Counted from the stretch's first letter, positions 13,961 through 28,041 are shown. The stretch: DNA of 64,000 nucleotides from Podarcis pityusensis (GCA_964106645.2 OZ067040.1), one strand, 5' to 3'. The notes: generated by a model from the letters alone, not told the origin. Numbers and translations: made by a program.

Positions 13961-14602
13961 AGTGCACTGAATATTGATGGGTAAAATCAGTTTTTCCAAA
14001 TATAATGTATTTTGTTTGTCATTCTCACTAATATCTAGTTTCCAAGAATCTTCTTCTTTTGTGAGATTATGAGGGTGAGCGGTGAGTTTGTTTGGGCTCT
14101 GGGTGAGAGCCAGGAGGCTGAGAGGGAGGTGTATTAGACGGAGAAGACATTGATTTAGGTCTGTATTTATTCACAATTTGCATTAATGTATTATTTGTTT
14201 ATGGAACTGTATTTTTGCAACATTTGATTGTTGTTTAAGTTGCCTGTTGCTGCTACTTTAGTTTTCTACACACGATTTAGAGTTATTTTTATATATTAAG
14301 TGGTACAGAAATTATCTTAAAATTTGGATAAGTGTGAATTTTGAAGGATGGCTGTGTTTTGGTGTTCACACTGTTTTGGAATGTCTGAATTGGATAAATT
14401 CGCCTTTAAATGTGACCCAAACTGAAATTCTCCCCCATCCCTACTTCCAGGTAAGGTGCTAGTCAACAAACAGACCACAGATATCTCCTAACTCCATTGT
14501 TAGCTTCGTAAATGGTCAACTTGAGACCATTCGAGGCAGGCCTTTCAAACCCTGGCTCAATGTTGCTACCACAACCTGCCATCCAGTACATTTACCACTT
14601 AC

Positions 14603-15008
14603 CGTGAATTCGGTGTATGGAAGTTATATGAGGCATGCTGTTTTCATAGGCTTCTCTGCTCTCAGGAGATGATTTGGTTAAGGGAAGGCCAGATCGGGTA
14701 CCCCACCATGTTTCCCTCCCAGACTGCGGTGTGCCAAGGAAGTATCGGCCAGCCTCACACCTGCTGCCTTCACAGGCCTGAGTGTGGAAGTGTCTGTCAT
14801 CAGCCAACCTGGAATGGTCAAGTGCAAAACCATAGCAGAGAGCACTGCGGTCTGAGTATTGTCTATAGGCACAGGAGACATCGTGATGCTGAGAGTTTGG
14901 CCTTTCAATGGGATCCATCAATTGTGGAGAGGCAGTGTCGGTCAGTGGGCTGCCACCCCACTGGCTTTCATGGTCTGATTCAGATCTTTCTGTATGAAAT
15001 CCAGAATA
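14603..15008 (-). CDS. SIM1: SIM1 coding exon 10 (406 nt): [22 protein letters not shown]...[11 protein letters not shown]
   Basis: Within ORF 14592..15014; ttgcag|TAT ... CACG|gtaagt. Confidence 0.97.
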
Positions 15009-16011
15009 CTGCAATACAAAGAAAAAGGGGGAAAGAAGACATTAACAGTGGGATACGGTCTAAGAAGCAATTTGATTTATTGAAAACATGGAACCCATTT
15101 CACAAAACAGAGGAGTTAGAACTGAAGAAGGACTAAGACAAGTTGCATCCATAACTAGGCTGTGAATCAGAATGCCTGCTTTCTCACTGCTACATAACAC
15201 TACAAAGCTTTCTGCATTGAAACTAGCGCTATTTTTCAAGAAAAATAGGTGCCAGAACACATCAAGAATACCTCCCTTGTTCTCTTATAATACCAATGAC
15301 ACCCACCTGAGAAGTGCTGGAACGGAGTTCTGGTGATTTCCAACTGGAAAAAACCCCTGATTGAAATCATTAATGTAAAAGCTATAGAGGTCAAATGGGA
15401 CTGTTTTTGTCTATTCAGCCACAATCCCAATGGCCAAAATCCTTTTAAGACTCCATGAAGAGGCATCAGACCCACTGCCACCTATAGCCCTCTCCATATA
15501 ATCCCATGTTATGCAAGAGCTTTTCACAATAGTGCTGTTGTGTCTAGTGATACTGCTGTAACAGCAACACCCACTCACTCTGCTTTATGGGCTTACTGTG
15601 CCAATATGATGTTTCACTTAAACTCCACAAGCTAAGAAGTTTCCTTCTTAGTTTGATCTCCACCCTTAATACTTATTTGCTGGCTCTCAGGTTTACAAGT
15701 GGCAAATGAAGACACCATTTCCCAAGTGCTTATAGAGGCCAGAAAACTATGTTTGGACAGTCATTTCCCCCTCCTCACCTGCAAACACTTGTTTCTAAGT
15801 TCATTGCTTCCCCAGAATCCACAGCCATGTACTTAAAAGGCTCTTAAGCAGAAGTTTTTTAGGAATCACTGGTATGATGATCACAGTGCAATTCTATGTA
15901 CGTTTACTGAAACACAAGTTCAACTTAGTTCAACAGTAGTATTCATGGCACTTCTAGACTGTCACTATTTTCTAGTGGAATTCAATCACATATTCAGGTT
16001 GTGAAGTTACA

Positions 16012-16056
16012 GTTTGTTTGTTTGTTTGTTTGTTTGTTTGTTTGTGTTTGTTTGTT
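16012..16056. repeat. (GTTT)n microsatellite
   Basis: Seen directly in sequence. Confidence 0.92.
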
Positions 16057-17428
16057 TTTAACATTTGCTTCTGGTGTACAAGTATCTCAGGTAAATAATG
16101 CTGAGGTCTTCCATAACAAACCCACTTCCCAAAATATAATACTTTTTGCAATAAGGAGAGCGATGGGAAAGTGTGAGATAACAATTGCTTTGATGCACCT
16201 TAATTTCACCTCTCCACAAACAAATAAGAAGAAGGTGGAGGTATATTTGGGGGCAGGAAACCAAATTAAGTTCTCATGAAGAAGAAATGAAATTAAAAGA
16301 GAGGGGGAGAAATATGAGGCCAAAATAGAAGCATGCTCTTGACCAATTCCAACCATATTTGGAAGTGGTTTCTTCTCATTTTCCTCCTGTCAACTCTTCT
16401 ACAGCTGTTAACATGACTTGTCTAGTCAAATTACAAGATAAAACTTGGGACAAACACTAAGAGCTCATTTGGCCTGGAGTCGCTCCTGAAATCAGTCACC
16501 ACTTTCCAGAACTAAAAGGACTACTGGCAGTAAAGGAGCACCAGAGAGTTCATATGATCTATTTCTGACCATCTCCAGTCAGCCCAGTCCTTCCTGTTGT
16601 ACTGATAGCTTCCAGCAGGAGGGACTGGCAGTTCCTGGAACAAGAGTTGACATCCAGTGTGCTTATCCAGTGTGCCAGCAGAATGACAGGAGATGGGGGA
16701 GTGAGCATTGACCAAGGATGCATTACTAGAGGCATCCATAGCGCTTCATATTAGGGACAGCTTGCATTATGTTTTTGCCCTGTTGCTTAAGCACACGAAA
16801 GTTGCAATATTAGTACTGTTTAAGTATAATGCAAGCTGTACTTCACCAGCCTTGATCTCATGTTTAAATAAGTGTGCTTTACCCACATTTATTTTGGGGG
16901 AAAGCCAATCTGGAATATGCTCTGAATATGCCAATCTGGAATATGCTCTGATCTGAATCAGAAACTCCTTGCCAGTTTTCTGCTGGAAGTCACCACCTAC
17001 CTGACTGCTGTTTACACCAAAGGCGCTCAGCATAGGAGCCAATATCTGCCCCCACCCCAAAGTTGATGGGCATTGCCATTCAAATGGCATGTGTGATTGA
17101 TTATGCAGAGTGGGGCTTACCCAATATTTCATTGAAGTTGATTTTGCTTTCAATACAGTTTGCAAGTGCAAAAGTTCTCTGGTGGCCACACTTGTGCATA
17201 CCCCAAAACCTCCTGCTAAAACCTCATAGCTTATTATACCACAAATGTTCTGCTCTATCTTTGTCCTGCATTTGTTATGCTATAGCAGCTCCTCCAGACA
17301 GCAGTCATTAGATTCTACTTTAAAGCCCGGGAGCTCCCAATCATAGCTGGTTTGAAACTCTGCTTGTATGTTCCAGCCCCCTGATTTGGAGGTTTTGTCT
17401 CAGATATATGATATTTGATGGTTTTTGG

Positions 17429-17689
17429 AATCATAGAATTGCAAAGTTGGAAGGGATCCCCTAGGGTCATCTGGTCCAACCCCCTGAGATGCAGAAATCT
17501 CAACTAAAGCATTCAAGACAGATGGCCATCCAACCGCTGCTTAAAAACCTACAATGAAGGAAAGTACACCACCTCGGAGGTAGTCTATTCCACTGTCGAA
17601 CAGCTCTTACTGTCAGAAAGTTCTTCCTGATGTTCGGTCCAAATCTCCTTTCTTGTAACTTGAACCATTGGTTCAAGTCCTACCCTCCA
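17429..17689 (-). mobile_element. CR1 LINE 3' end
   Basis: Reverse complement encodes NGFKLQERRFGPNIRKNFLTVRAVRQWNRLP (CR1 ORF2 C-terminus) followed by an ATTCTATG-type tail. Confidence 0.88.
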
Positions 17690-20183
17690 AATCATTTATC
17701 ACAAAGCAGGGCAGAGGTTTGCTCAAAAATACTCAACCTGGCTAAAAATCATTCAAGGTCATCCCTATGCAGGTCATGGGCATAAGCGGGGGGGGGGGGG
17801 CTAGATCCACAAATATTAATTGAAAAGCTTTGAAAGTACTCAGTTATCGGAGGTTCTGCCCCCTCCCCAGCAGAAGCCTAACCCCGCAATGTCCTATTTG
17901 CAGGGTAGTTTTACACCTGATTTTCTCAGTAAAGTTCAACAACTTTGGCTGCCCCCACTCTCCACCAATCCTGGCTACGCCCATGGCCCAGAAATGTAAT
18001 TTGAGCAAACGTAAGTGTTTTAGAATTACCAGTTTTTTAAATATTTTGTTTGTTTCTATGTTTATTTTTTATTGGTGTTTTAAAATAAATATTATAGACT
18101 GTATTCCATAAGCTGCTTAGAGATCTTTTGTTCTAGTAAGCAGTATATAAATCTTGTATAACAATGATGTCAATCCCTGGCATTAAGAACAGGTTCTGTA
18201 ACTGAGCGCCCTGGCTCAAATTAAGTTATGCATTATAGCATATATATCAGGTTCTTTATATATCACCCTGGCAAGGTGGCTACAAAAAATCCCCATGCAG
18301 TGAAAGGGCAGATCATGTGAGTCGGCTCTAAGTGGTTTCTGGACAGCAGCCAAAAGGAGGTAAAGTCTTTCATGGTCTCTCTTTTTACCTAAGCTTTATA
18401 TAAATACTGAGACAAAATAGGAAAATCAATACATTTTACGAGAGTCTAGCTCCCCACTCCCTCCTTTTCTTGTTGAAAGAGCTGCAAAGCTTACATTTTC
18501 AGGCTCTTACAATGCAAGCTGCTTCAGGGGAACAGATCGGCTTACCAGTTACAAAGCTGTAAAACACTTAGGTTAAGAAGAGAGGCTGAGAAAACTGAGA
18601 ATGCACGTGGTAGATTTCAGGGGAACTTAAGCATGCATCAGTATGCGCCGGGTTGTAACTTTATTAAGCTGCTAAGCGCTAGCACATTCTTGCCGGCTGG
18701 CTTGGGGCAACAGCACACAAACCCTTCCCATCGGATCTTGATAGGTCTCAGTGCCAGTCTGGCCAAGGACAACAGAACCAGGCTTCACACCCAAAGTCAA
18801 ATGTGTGCTACAACCTATGTGACTCTTATTTCAATTCCTGGGCAACACCACTGCTCTTACAAAGGAAGAGAGAGAGAAAAGCCTTCTCAATAAAGTCTCC
18901 TTTGCTATCAAAGGTTTCTGCAGTACTGGGCATTTGCAACTGTCTTCTTAATTTGTGCCTGAAACTTGAGGGGGAATCACAGATGCAGTCTGCACTGTGC
19001 TGAGAACATATGCATGCTTTTAAATCACTTTTATCTTGCTTTTTACTAATGTAACTCTGAAATCTTACGTATGTTCATTTTGCATTCACTGTTATAGGCA
19101 GAACAGATGGCAAAGGGCTTAGATTAAAGTAACACAGCACAACCATTAAACTAACCTCTGCTGCTAGTGAGTCAATGCCAGTTTGGGGGTTACTTTTAGC
19201 AATAGAAAATGGAGAGATTCTCCCTTGTGTTTTTCAGAGTTGGAAAAGATTTGTATGGGTCTATTGGTATGAAGTCTGGTGGGCTGAATGTGTTGAGTGG
19301 TATCTTATGGCACCTTTGCCTTAGTGGATACGGGATTATCACTAATCTGACCCCCTCACACACCACCCAAGTACTGCAGCTACCCTGCCATGTCATATTT
19401 TATTCCTTTCTACTCTTTGTTCCCCAGACTTTGGAAGTGTATTTTGGAGAGTGGTGGAGGTGGGATTGGCAAAAACAAAACAAAACAAACAAACAAACAA
19501 AACAGATATCCTAACTTATGTAAGAAGCCCTTTCTGCAAAGCCACCATTGGATCCAACCCATTATTTATACAGTCCTTTTTAATCAACGAAACAGAAGTT
19601 TCTAAATGAAAGTAACAGGCTGCAGTATGAGATGGTTAGCTTTTGGAGGAGATATCAATATTCATCACATGAAAGCTTAGCAATATTTCATTGACACTCA
19701 TCAGCCAAGGCTATTACAGTAAATAGGTTTGGAGTTAAACAGCTGCAAATAACATTGCAATCAGTGGCTTAAACACAATTCTCCAACAGCGCTAAAAAAT
19801 GAATTGCAGAAGAACCCCTGAAAGGTCAAACCAGATGCTGGCCAAGTGTTTCCATTACAGAAAGAGTACTTTTCATTATATGGTCATTATAAGGAAAGAT
19901 TACATTCAGATGATCATTATCAATAATACCTCTTGTCAATTTCTGCTGTACTGTGAATAGGTGTGTGTCAATCTGTACTTATTCTGTTGTTTATTACTGT
20001 AGATCATAGCATAGGTAAAAAAACTGACATAGCTCTAATATGACATGATGAACTCTGGTGACCTTGGTACAAGTTTGATCTCAAAACATGCCCTGAGGGC
20101 ATTCAGGAAACACCCTGAGTTCCTCACACTTCGCATAAAGGTCAGCACATGTACATTTAGTTGCCAGTCCATACAGTCTATTC

Positions 20184-20306
20184 TAAGGTTACCAGATTTT
20201 TTTCAATGACTCCAGGGACACTTTTCAACTTCAATGGATTTTGTATGGGGACTGATGTATAAATCCAGGGACTGTCCCCGGGAAACGGGGACATCTGGTA
20301 ACCTTT
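20184..20306. mobile_element. Short MITE with TIR (T)AAGGTTACCAGAT
   Basis: aaggttaccagat ... atctggtaacctt, with internal gggac motifs; TSD unclear. Confidence 0.65.
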
Positions 20307-21175
20307 ATTCACCACCTGATAATTTGATAATTTGAAGACAGTGAGCAGACAAAGGTAATCAGTTCAGTCACACCCCACCAGGATGATTTCCTTTCAAACA
20401 CTTAATCTGAAATATGGACCAGGTGAAGCTGGGCAGGAACTCTGGGGAAAAGGCAGTAGAACTATTGGAAATTGTAGAAATTGCTCATCTGAAGGCCTTC
20501 CTTTCTTTTCTGTTGGAACACCTTGACCAAAATGGTATAAATCCCCCAGGTTTCAAAAAATCAGCTGGCTCTCCTAGCTCCAGCAAGGACCTTCAATCAG
20601 TGTTCAGAAGGAAGGAACACACACACTCTTAAGGACAGGTATGCTATTCCTCCCCCTCCTCTGCATTTCTTAAATTACTATTAGTGTGAGTCCTGCTGGC
20701 AAAATTGTCAAGCTCACTTCTGAGGCTTTTGAGAATAGGTAGGGATTCTTCCATTCTTTAGATCAAGGTATGTAGGTATGGTAGGATTTGCTGCCTGCTT
20801 AAATTGAAATTTTACTGTCTGAAACAGCATTGATGTATTCTATCACTTTCATTTCATATAATAAACCAAGCACATCTACCTCTCCAACTCTACTCTCTGC
20901 ACCAACACTGAGACAGCCGCCTTACTCAGCTTAATGGAAGAGCTAGCCCTGCCCACTGACCTTCATAATACTCTCTGCTCACTACCTGCTCGCACCTCAT
21001 ATGTTCAGTTTTTCCTCATCATTTAATCTACTAGAGTTCAAAACCATGCAGGCAGCCTCCATTAAGTAGAGAAGCTCTCTTCTGCAGGAGAGCTGCAAGG
21101 ATATGATGGAATTTCCTCCATATGTCCTAATCACTAACACGCACACACCCCACACACATTTGTTTATTTATTTTA

Positions 21176-21180
<5 letters not shown>

Positions 21181-21211
<31 letters not shown>
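21181..21211. repeat. (TA)n microsatellite
   Basis: Seen directly in sequence. Confidence 0.95.
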
Positions 21212-21213
<2 letters not shown>

Positions 21214-21299
21214 TTTACAAAGTAAGATTAGCAGACAGGGACACAAAGAAAAATATTTTCAGTTGTGGCCCCAGAGTTAGATAATTTATTTTCCACATG

Positions 21300-21470
21300 A
21301 ACATAGAATATATGTTGCAGGGGAAGCTGCCTTGCTCCAAATCAGACCTGTTGATCCAGTTAGCTCGATACTGTCTACACTCAACTGGCAATGGATCTCC
21401 AGAGCTTCAGAAGGGGTCTCTCCAAGACATGGGAGCATAGGAAACTCCCTTATATTGAGTTAGACCTTCT
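21300..21470 (-). mobile_element. CR1-like tail or SINE fragments
   Basis: ggaagctgccttgctccaaatcagacc...tagctcgatactgtctacact and a second cataggaaactcccttatattgagttagacc. Confidence 0.5.
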
Positions 21471-21522
21471 TTAAAACATATGAAGCACAACCATAATAAT
21501 GAAAAAATCATGTTATTCATAC

Positions 21523-21688
21523 CTGTGGATATGGAGATGTCCTAGATTTTGACTTTGTGCTCGGCAGACGTGACTTGCTTCCTTTTCTGTTGTCAGTGAT
21601 TGTTGGTGTTGAGTTTGCATATGGGAATGATGGCTTTGTTGCTGAAACTTGATCCAATGAGAGCTGTAGTCCTTTATATTCTGTATCC
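21523..21688 (-). CDS. SIM1: SIM1 coding exon 9 (166 nt): [13 protein letters not shown]...[22 protein letters not shown] (includes the basic NLS-like segment)
   Basis: Within ORF 21517..21726; tatccag|G ... CAG|gtatga. Confidence 0.96.
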
Positions 21689-22794
21689 CTGGATAAAAGG
21701 AATAAGGCGAAATTAATACCATCCAAGACAACTTGGGGTCAACTTGTATAGCTTTCATTTTATGCAGTGTCTTGATCCCTTTTGTAAGAAATCATCCCAT
21801 AAAATATACATACCTGTAGGAAATGTGAGTCTCTTTCCAGACTACAGAAGAAAAGTGGAAAGGGGAGGCAGCGGCTCAGGAATAAACAAAATAGAGAATA
21901 GCAAAGGTACACATCAAACAGTCTTCCCTGAACAAGAGAATGCTCCACATGAGCAGTGGAGACTGTCCATTCATACAGAGCATTCTTCAAATGTAGTGAT
22001 GAGCATAGTTAAATTTCATGCCCAGTGCTCCATATGTCAATAAGGAGTCACTGAATGCAGATGGCACAACAAAGAGCATCAAGCATTAATGAAGGCAATA
22101 AATAGATACAGTTGAAACCATCCATTGGAAGGAAAGATTTATAACAGTACATTGTCACAAAATGGTCTAAGACGACAAAGAGTACACAATCACTAAGAAT
22201 ATATCCAAATTTCTGAGGCTTTTCAAAGGACAAACAAGAGGATTCATTTATTATAATCTACACATGAGACCTGAGGGGGAAATCCCTTAAAAAACTAGAA
22301 GTGTTGAAGTTTGCTCCAAATTTTGCTCTAGTTAAGTAAATCCACCTGAAGTGTTTGTGGTGCAGGCCACTATATATATTAAAATGACAGCAGTGTGGGT
22401 CTCAATATAGACAATCCACATTTGATGGATAACTCATTAGTTTAGAGTTAATTCATTACATAACTTTAAACAAGCCAAGAACAGTGGCTCATTAACTGGA
22501 ATTGGGCAAAGCCAGACCTCCAGTATAAAAGTGACAGGTCTAGTCTATATTATACCACATGCAAAAATATTTATAACTGGGAATACACGGAGCACTATAA
22601 ACTATTGTGGTGGTTTGAAAAGTTGGCTTGTCTAGAGATTGACAGATGAGGTACAATCAATCTGAATATACAAACGCTTCTGGTCATTTGTCAGGTTTCT
22701 GCCTTGTGTCCGTTGGTGTTTATTTCAATGGAATGGGTGTCGAGACATAATGGAAGTTTTGTACAATGGCCTGGCTTACCTTCATAACCTACAT

Positions 22795-23060
22795 TAAGAA
22801 CATAGGACAAGCCCTGGTGGATCAGACCAAAATCCAGGATCCTGCTTTCCTAAAGTAGTCAACCAGATGCTTAAAGGAAGTCCAAAAGCAGGACACAAGG
22901 CCAACAGGCCTCTTTCTCAGAGATTGACCAAAGGCATGGTGCCTCTGATTCTGGAGGTGGTAGTAGCCATTGATAGTCTTATCCTCCATTAATTTGTCTA
23001 ATCCCCTTCTAAAGGGGTGGGAACCAACCATCACCACTTCTTACAGCAGCAAATTCTATA
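22795..23060 (-). mobile_element. CR1 LINE 3' end (second subfamily)
   Basis: ORF 22822..23037 contains FRRGLDKLMEDKTINGY, CR1 ORF2 C-terminus-like; TTCTTATG-type tail. Confidence 0.8.
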
Positions 23061-23585
23061 GCCTCACTGTAGCTTCACATGCAGCAGAATTAATGAGTTG
23101 AGTTTGGAAGTGGTAGAATGGACTCGACTACTTCAGGAGAGGCAAAACCTTTCTGAATACCACTTGCCTGCTGCACAGCAGTCTGGCAAATGTTACACCT
23201 GGAAAAAGAGGCTCTTGTTCTGCCAACTCCAGTTCCTTCACTCTGGAGCCACCCAGTTAGAGAAATTGAACCGTGGGCTGTAGGAGGAATAAATCACTGT
23301 GCTGAAGAAATAGGTTGATCTCAGGAGAGAAGCTGAGTTATTGTACCAATCACTGCAGATTCCCCCCCCCCCCCGCCGCCGCCGCCTTTTTGTGTATTTT
23401 ACTGCCTTTCCATAAACACAGACACTGCAGGCTGGCGACTAAATTTACACCAAAAGCAAAAAAAGGACCGTTTAACTTGCTGTCTCTGCCCAATCAGCTA
23501 GCAAAAACCCTGGCAGGAAGTGACAATAACAAAAGCCAATACTGTCGTGACAAACTGAAAATTTAAACACATAAAGGCTAATTAA

Positions 23586-23664
23586 AAAGGTAAAGGGACC
23601 CCTTACCATTAGGTCCAGTCGTGACCAACTCTGGGGTTGCGGCGCTCATCTCACTTTAAAGGCC
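23586..23664 (-). mobile_element. Sauria SINE 3'-end fragment
   Basis: aaaggtaaagggaccccttaccattaggtccagtcgtgacc... matches the tail of the other copies. Confidence 0.85.
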
Positions 23665-23834
23665 AATTATAAAGTTACATATACATGGGAAGAGGCATAA
23701 GCAATGTGAAAACACACATAGAAAGAGATGCTCTTTTTCGAAAGCGAGAGGGTAGATAGGTGAGATGCTGCAAGCTGCAGTGATTTCAGCCTTAGCTTCT
23801 TCAGAAGAGAGATTTGCAAGTCCAACTGATGTTC

Positions 23835-23977
23835 CATAGAACTGTAGAGTTGGAAGGGACCCTGAGGCTCATCTAGCCCACCCCTCTGCAATCCAGGATT
23901 ATGCAGCAGTCCCATACAGGATCAAACTTGCAGCCTTGGCATTATCAGCACCATGCTGTAACCAGCTGAGCTATCCA
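23835..23977 (-). mobile_element. tRNA-derived SINE (Ile-like head) with CR1-type 3' tail
   Basis: Reverse complement: ggatagctcagctggttacagcatggtgctgataatgccaaggctgcaagtttgatcc (A/B boxes), then gtcccttccaactctacagttctatg, matching the CR1 tail at 17429. Confidence 0.75.
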
Positions 23978-26900
23978 AGCAAATCAGAAGTAGTAGGTAC
24001 TTATTTAGACCATTTCTATACCACATGATATCTAAGAAAATGTGGTGTGCAGAAAACAAAAAACAACAGTAGTTACAAATACATTATGGAAACCCATTAA
24101 TATAAATTATTCAGAAACATAGACCAATATCAATTCCTTCTCCTTCTGACACATCTCCCTGCTCAAGAGCCTCCTGGCTCTCAACTAGGGTCCAAACAAT
24201 TTCAAAGATCTCCCCCCCCCCCCGATCTCCCAATAAAGAAGATTCCTGGAACCAGCTTACATTACCCTACTCTCTCAATCTAGGCTCCTTGTATGGGCAG
24301 GCACCAAGGTACATGAAGCATACCAAAGGACACTTCAGACAGTTCACAAAGGCATTTAAATGTTAGCCAACTTTTTGTTCCACAAAACCCCTCAACATCA
24401 CCCTGAATTGGCACCAAAGTTATAAAGAGGGAAACCTGATTTAATGTTTCAGATGAAACAATACCCTTTTAACTTGGTGTAATCCTGCCAAGGGTGCCAG
24501 CTCTTGGGGGCTAAGGCACTGTGCCGCCCCCCTTTTTTTAAGGGACCAGGCTTCCTCAATGTTCAGAAGGGCCCCGTGTGACATCACACACGGGCCCCTT
24601 CAATCCTTTGGAGAAGGTGGTGCCCCTGAATCCTGCAATGTTAACACTGGGCAAGCTAGCGTGTTGGTTGTTTTTTTATATATAGCATAATTTCCCATTA
24701 CATAATTTCCCATTCATAGGTGCTTTTTAGCAGCATGTCTGCAGAGAATACACTGAAAGCCTATTAGATGAGAGATAAAACAGCCAATTTCAACACCTCC
24801 CATCTTTCCTTTAAGAATTCATCTTCCCAAAGCCAACCTTTGCATTTCTACTTTAATATCCAAGCATTTATGCATAAACAGTATCTCTTATTTGTATTAA
24901 TAGCACAGAAATGTAAATCCTCACACACCAGTAGGAGAGCATCCCCCATTACATGCAAAGTTAATAGGGACCCCCAGCTGTTTCCCAGACTAGACATTTT
25001 CACCTCAATCTTCAAGGCAATCTTTTTTACATGTTGGGAGGGGGGACCATTAATACGAGTGCTGTTGGATTGAGCATCACAAGATCCAAGTTCAATTTCT
25101 CATTCTGTTACGATAAGAATCTCAAATGATCTTGGGCTAGTCATTCTGTATGAGATTTTTGGAAGCACTTGACATGGAGCTAACCTGGGCTCCCATCACA
25201 GCTGATAGTTAAACCTTCCAGTGGAGATTTCACTTTTGGCCTTGATGCAAAGAGAATCAAGAGATGGTATTGTTACAATGCGCTTTTTATTTCATGAGGA
25301 TGTGAGCTGGTTTGGAAGCTTCAGCTAAGAAGCAGCATAGAAACCTACTGTGTTAATATTTCTGTAAATGGAACTTCATTGAAGCTAATGAAAACATGAG
25401 GATTTAGGTCAGTTCACAGTCCCATTGACTTCAACGGGGTTAACTCCACAGAAACTCAAATATGTCTCAGGAGGCTGCTGCTGGATCTTTTGGTTTCATG
25501 GCCCAATCTATAACCAACCTAAGACTTCAATGTAACGTAACCAGCTCTGTTTGCTTCATAATTACATTTAACTTAAATACTGCTGTATTAGGCAGATTAT
25601 ACACTGAAATGCCAGTTTCAGACCCCATATCTGGAGATGCCATGCATGGAACCTGGGACTTCCTGCATGTGCTACAGCTCTTCCCATTTAAAAGTGTTCC
25701 TAAGTGAAAATGGAAAATAAGTTGCAGTTCCTTGACATTGATACATAGCTGAGAAGTGGCTGGGAAGCGCATGGTTTGTGTGCAAGGAACAGTGGAACCC
25801 AGTGAATAGTAAGAATAATTCCCAGTGAATCTGTAGGTTCCATTCCTGGAAGGTTTTTGAGACAGAACTGAATAAACATCTATTAGTTCTTGTATACTTC
25901 AAGATCTTGGGCAGACAACCCCAGAGTTTCATTACAGCTTATGATGATGAGTAACCAGCAAAAGACCCATAACAGCAATATGACCATCCAAAGAAAGACA
26001 GACATCATTAAACAGTTATATTTATTGGTATGAATTCAAAATCTTCTCTCTTTTTAATCTAAATATTTTACATCTTATATATTTGATCCTTGATTAAACC
26101 TCTTGTAAGTTGCTAATCATTAATGGGGTTTTTATTGTTACTGTGCAAACAGTTCATTCATGCTGGTGACCTATCAAATTTCACAGACATGGTCTTTAAT
26201 TGGATTTATTCATTTCTAATCTGCTTAAGCCCTGGGTGCTGTAATGCTTGACTAAATATACATTCAGCACCCTTATTTAAACTGGTAAAATAAATGTGAG
26301 ATTTGGACTTTGAATATATAAATGCAATTGTTATTGTGTACCTAACAGTAGCAGAGGTGGAGGGAGGAATCATAGAAGGAATTTGAGGGGGTCAGCATCT
26401 GGTGTGCTCCTAGTGAGAAAGTTAGGGATGAGGGATATAAAACTGCAAAACCTATAATTCAAGAAAACAGACTCTTCCTTAAGATCATAAATGGGCAGTC
26501 CAATGTACTTCATCTATGGTGCCAAAGCAAGATAATCTGATGCCAATGAAGCCTATGTACACCCCATACATACACTGAAAGCACACATTGTCCAAAAAAA
26601 TGAAGAAAAGAATTATGGGAACTGTAGTTTATCCCCCCAAACAGCTACAATTTCCAGCATCCTTAAAAAAACTACGTTTCCCAGGATTCTTGGGGAGGGT
26701 ATGCTTTGAATACATGGTGTGTATGCAGCCTAAGATTCCTAATATCAGCAAAGGCACTTTCCTGTTGAATCAGTAACCCTTTCACTGGCAGTTATTTTAA
26801 GGATAACCTCAGGCCTCTCTATGTAACCCTCAGTGTGCTCCCCAGGCCTCCCCCCTCAAGCAACACATATCTCCAGTCTTGCTCTGGACCCTCCTCAAGT

Positions 26901-27944
26901 CCTTTTGCCTGGCTCCAATGTGTCCTTGAAATGTGATCAAGTGTCTTGCTTGCCTGAAGGAAGAAGAAGAGATTGTGGATGTGTAGAAAAACCAACCAGC
27001 TTTTGTATGGCTGAAATGTAACCTATTGTACAAAGGTCACATCAATTGCTGTGCCCACACTTGCCTCTCGACTTGCAGAATTTTGCCTCTAGAATTATAT
27101 AAATGTTTATTTTGTACCCACCTATTGACCCTGTGTAGCCCATAACAGTCCAAGGAGGTTTTAAGCACTTGGAAACAACAACAAAATCTACAGTGAAATC
27201 TTTCCAGCATCCTAAAAGGTTTGTTTTGTATGTCATTACTTGAAAAGCCAAATAAGTTTATCTTTAGATTACACATAATACCTTCAGTTATTCCTTTTAA
27301 ATGAACAGTTCCCAGGGTTCCATCACATTCTATCATCAGAAAACAAACTGGGAGAAGAGCATTATCACCATATTTCCCTCTAAAGGTGAAAGCATATGAT
27401 CATCCCTGACAGGTAGCATATTTTTAAATGTCAGCTCCTTGTTTTCTGACTGTCATATTCAGTTATTGATAAGTCGTTGTACAGTCCAATCCGCCTTTTC
27501 CTCCCCAGTGACACCATTGAGCAATTGTCATTCTATCCAGTTGCAGCAGGGCAGGAGAAGGAAATCAGAACCACTCCGTCAGCTCTTAACAAGATAGCAG
27601 CTCCATAAGGCTCTTCCTCCATCAACTGACAGTCTGGTGCAGAGGGAGATGTGGGAAGCTGGACCAAAAGCCAAGAGACTAGAATCTGCTGGCTTCTCCT
27701 CTCCTTGCACTGTTTCAATTCCAGCTGACCCTTGGAAGAACTTTGTAAGAATGAATGGCAGGAGAAATCCAGCCAAATGAGTGGGGTATTAAATAATAGA
27801 ATTATTGCTGTTGTTATATTCCTGGGTTTGCTTTTTCTTCCTATTCTCTCCCAATCTACTTTCCTATTGTGTCCTGTCCTTTAGATTGAAAGCCCAAGGG
27901 TGGGATTGTAATCTTTTTAATGTGTGAATTTAGTGTATTTTTGG

Positions 27945-28001
27945 TTTCTGTGGAAGCCGCCCAGAGTGGCTGGGGAAACCCAGCCAGATGGGCGGGGTAC
28001 A

Positions 28002-28041
<40 letters not shown>
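27945..28041 (+). mobile_element. L2-type 3' terminus with (AAT)n tail
   Basis: ggaagccgcccagagtggctggggaaacccagccagatgggcggggtacaaat followed by (AAT)n. Confidence 0.7.

Noticed and set aside
14669-15136. Antisense ORFs over exon 10 (155 aa) and exon 11 (12357..12665)
   Set aside because: Shadows of the SIM1 coding sequence with no independent coding signal
23905-23977. tRNA-Ile-like sequence
   Set aside because: Degenerate stems and fusion to a CR1 tail identify it as a SINE head, not a tRNA gene
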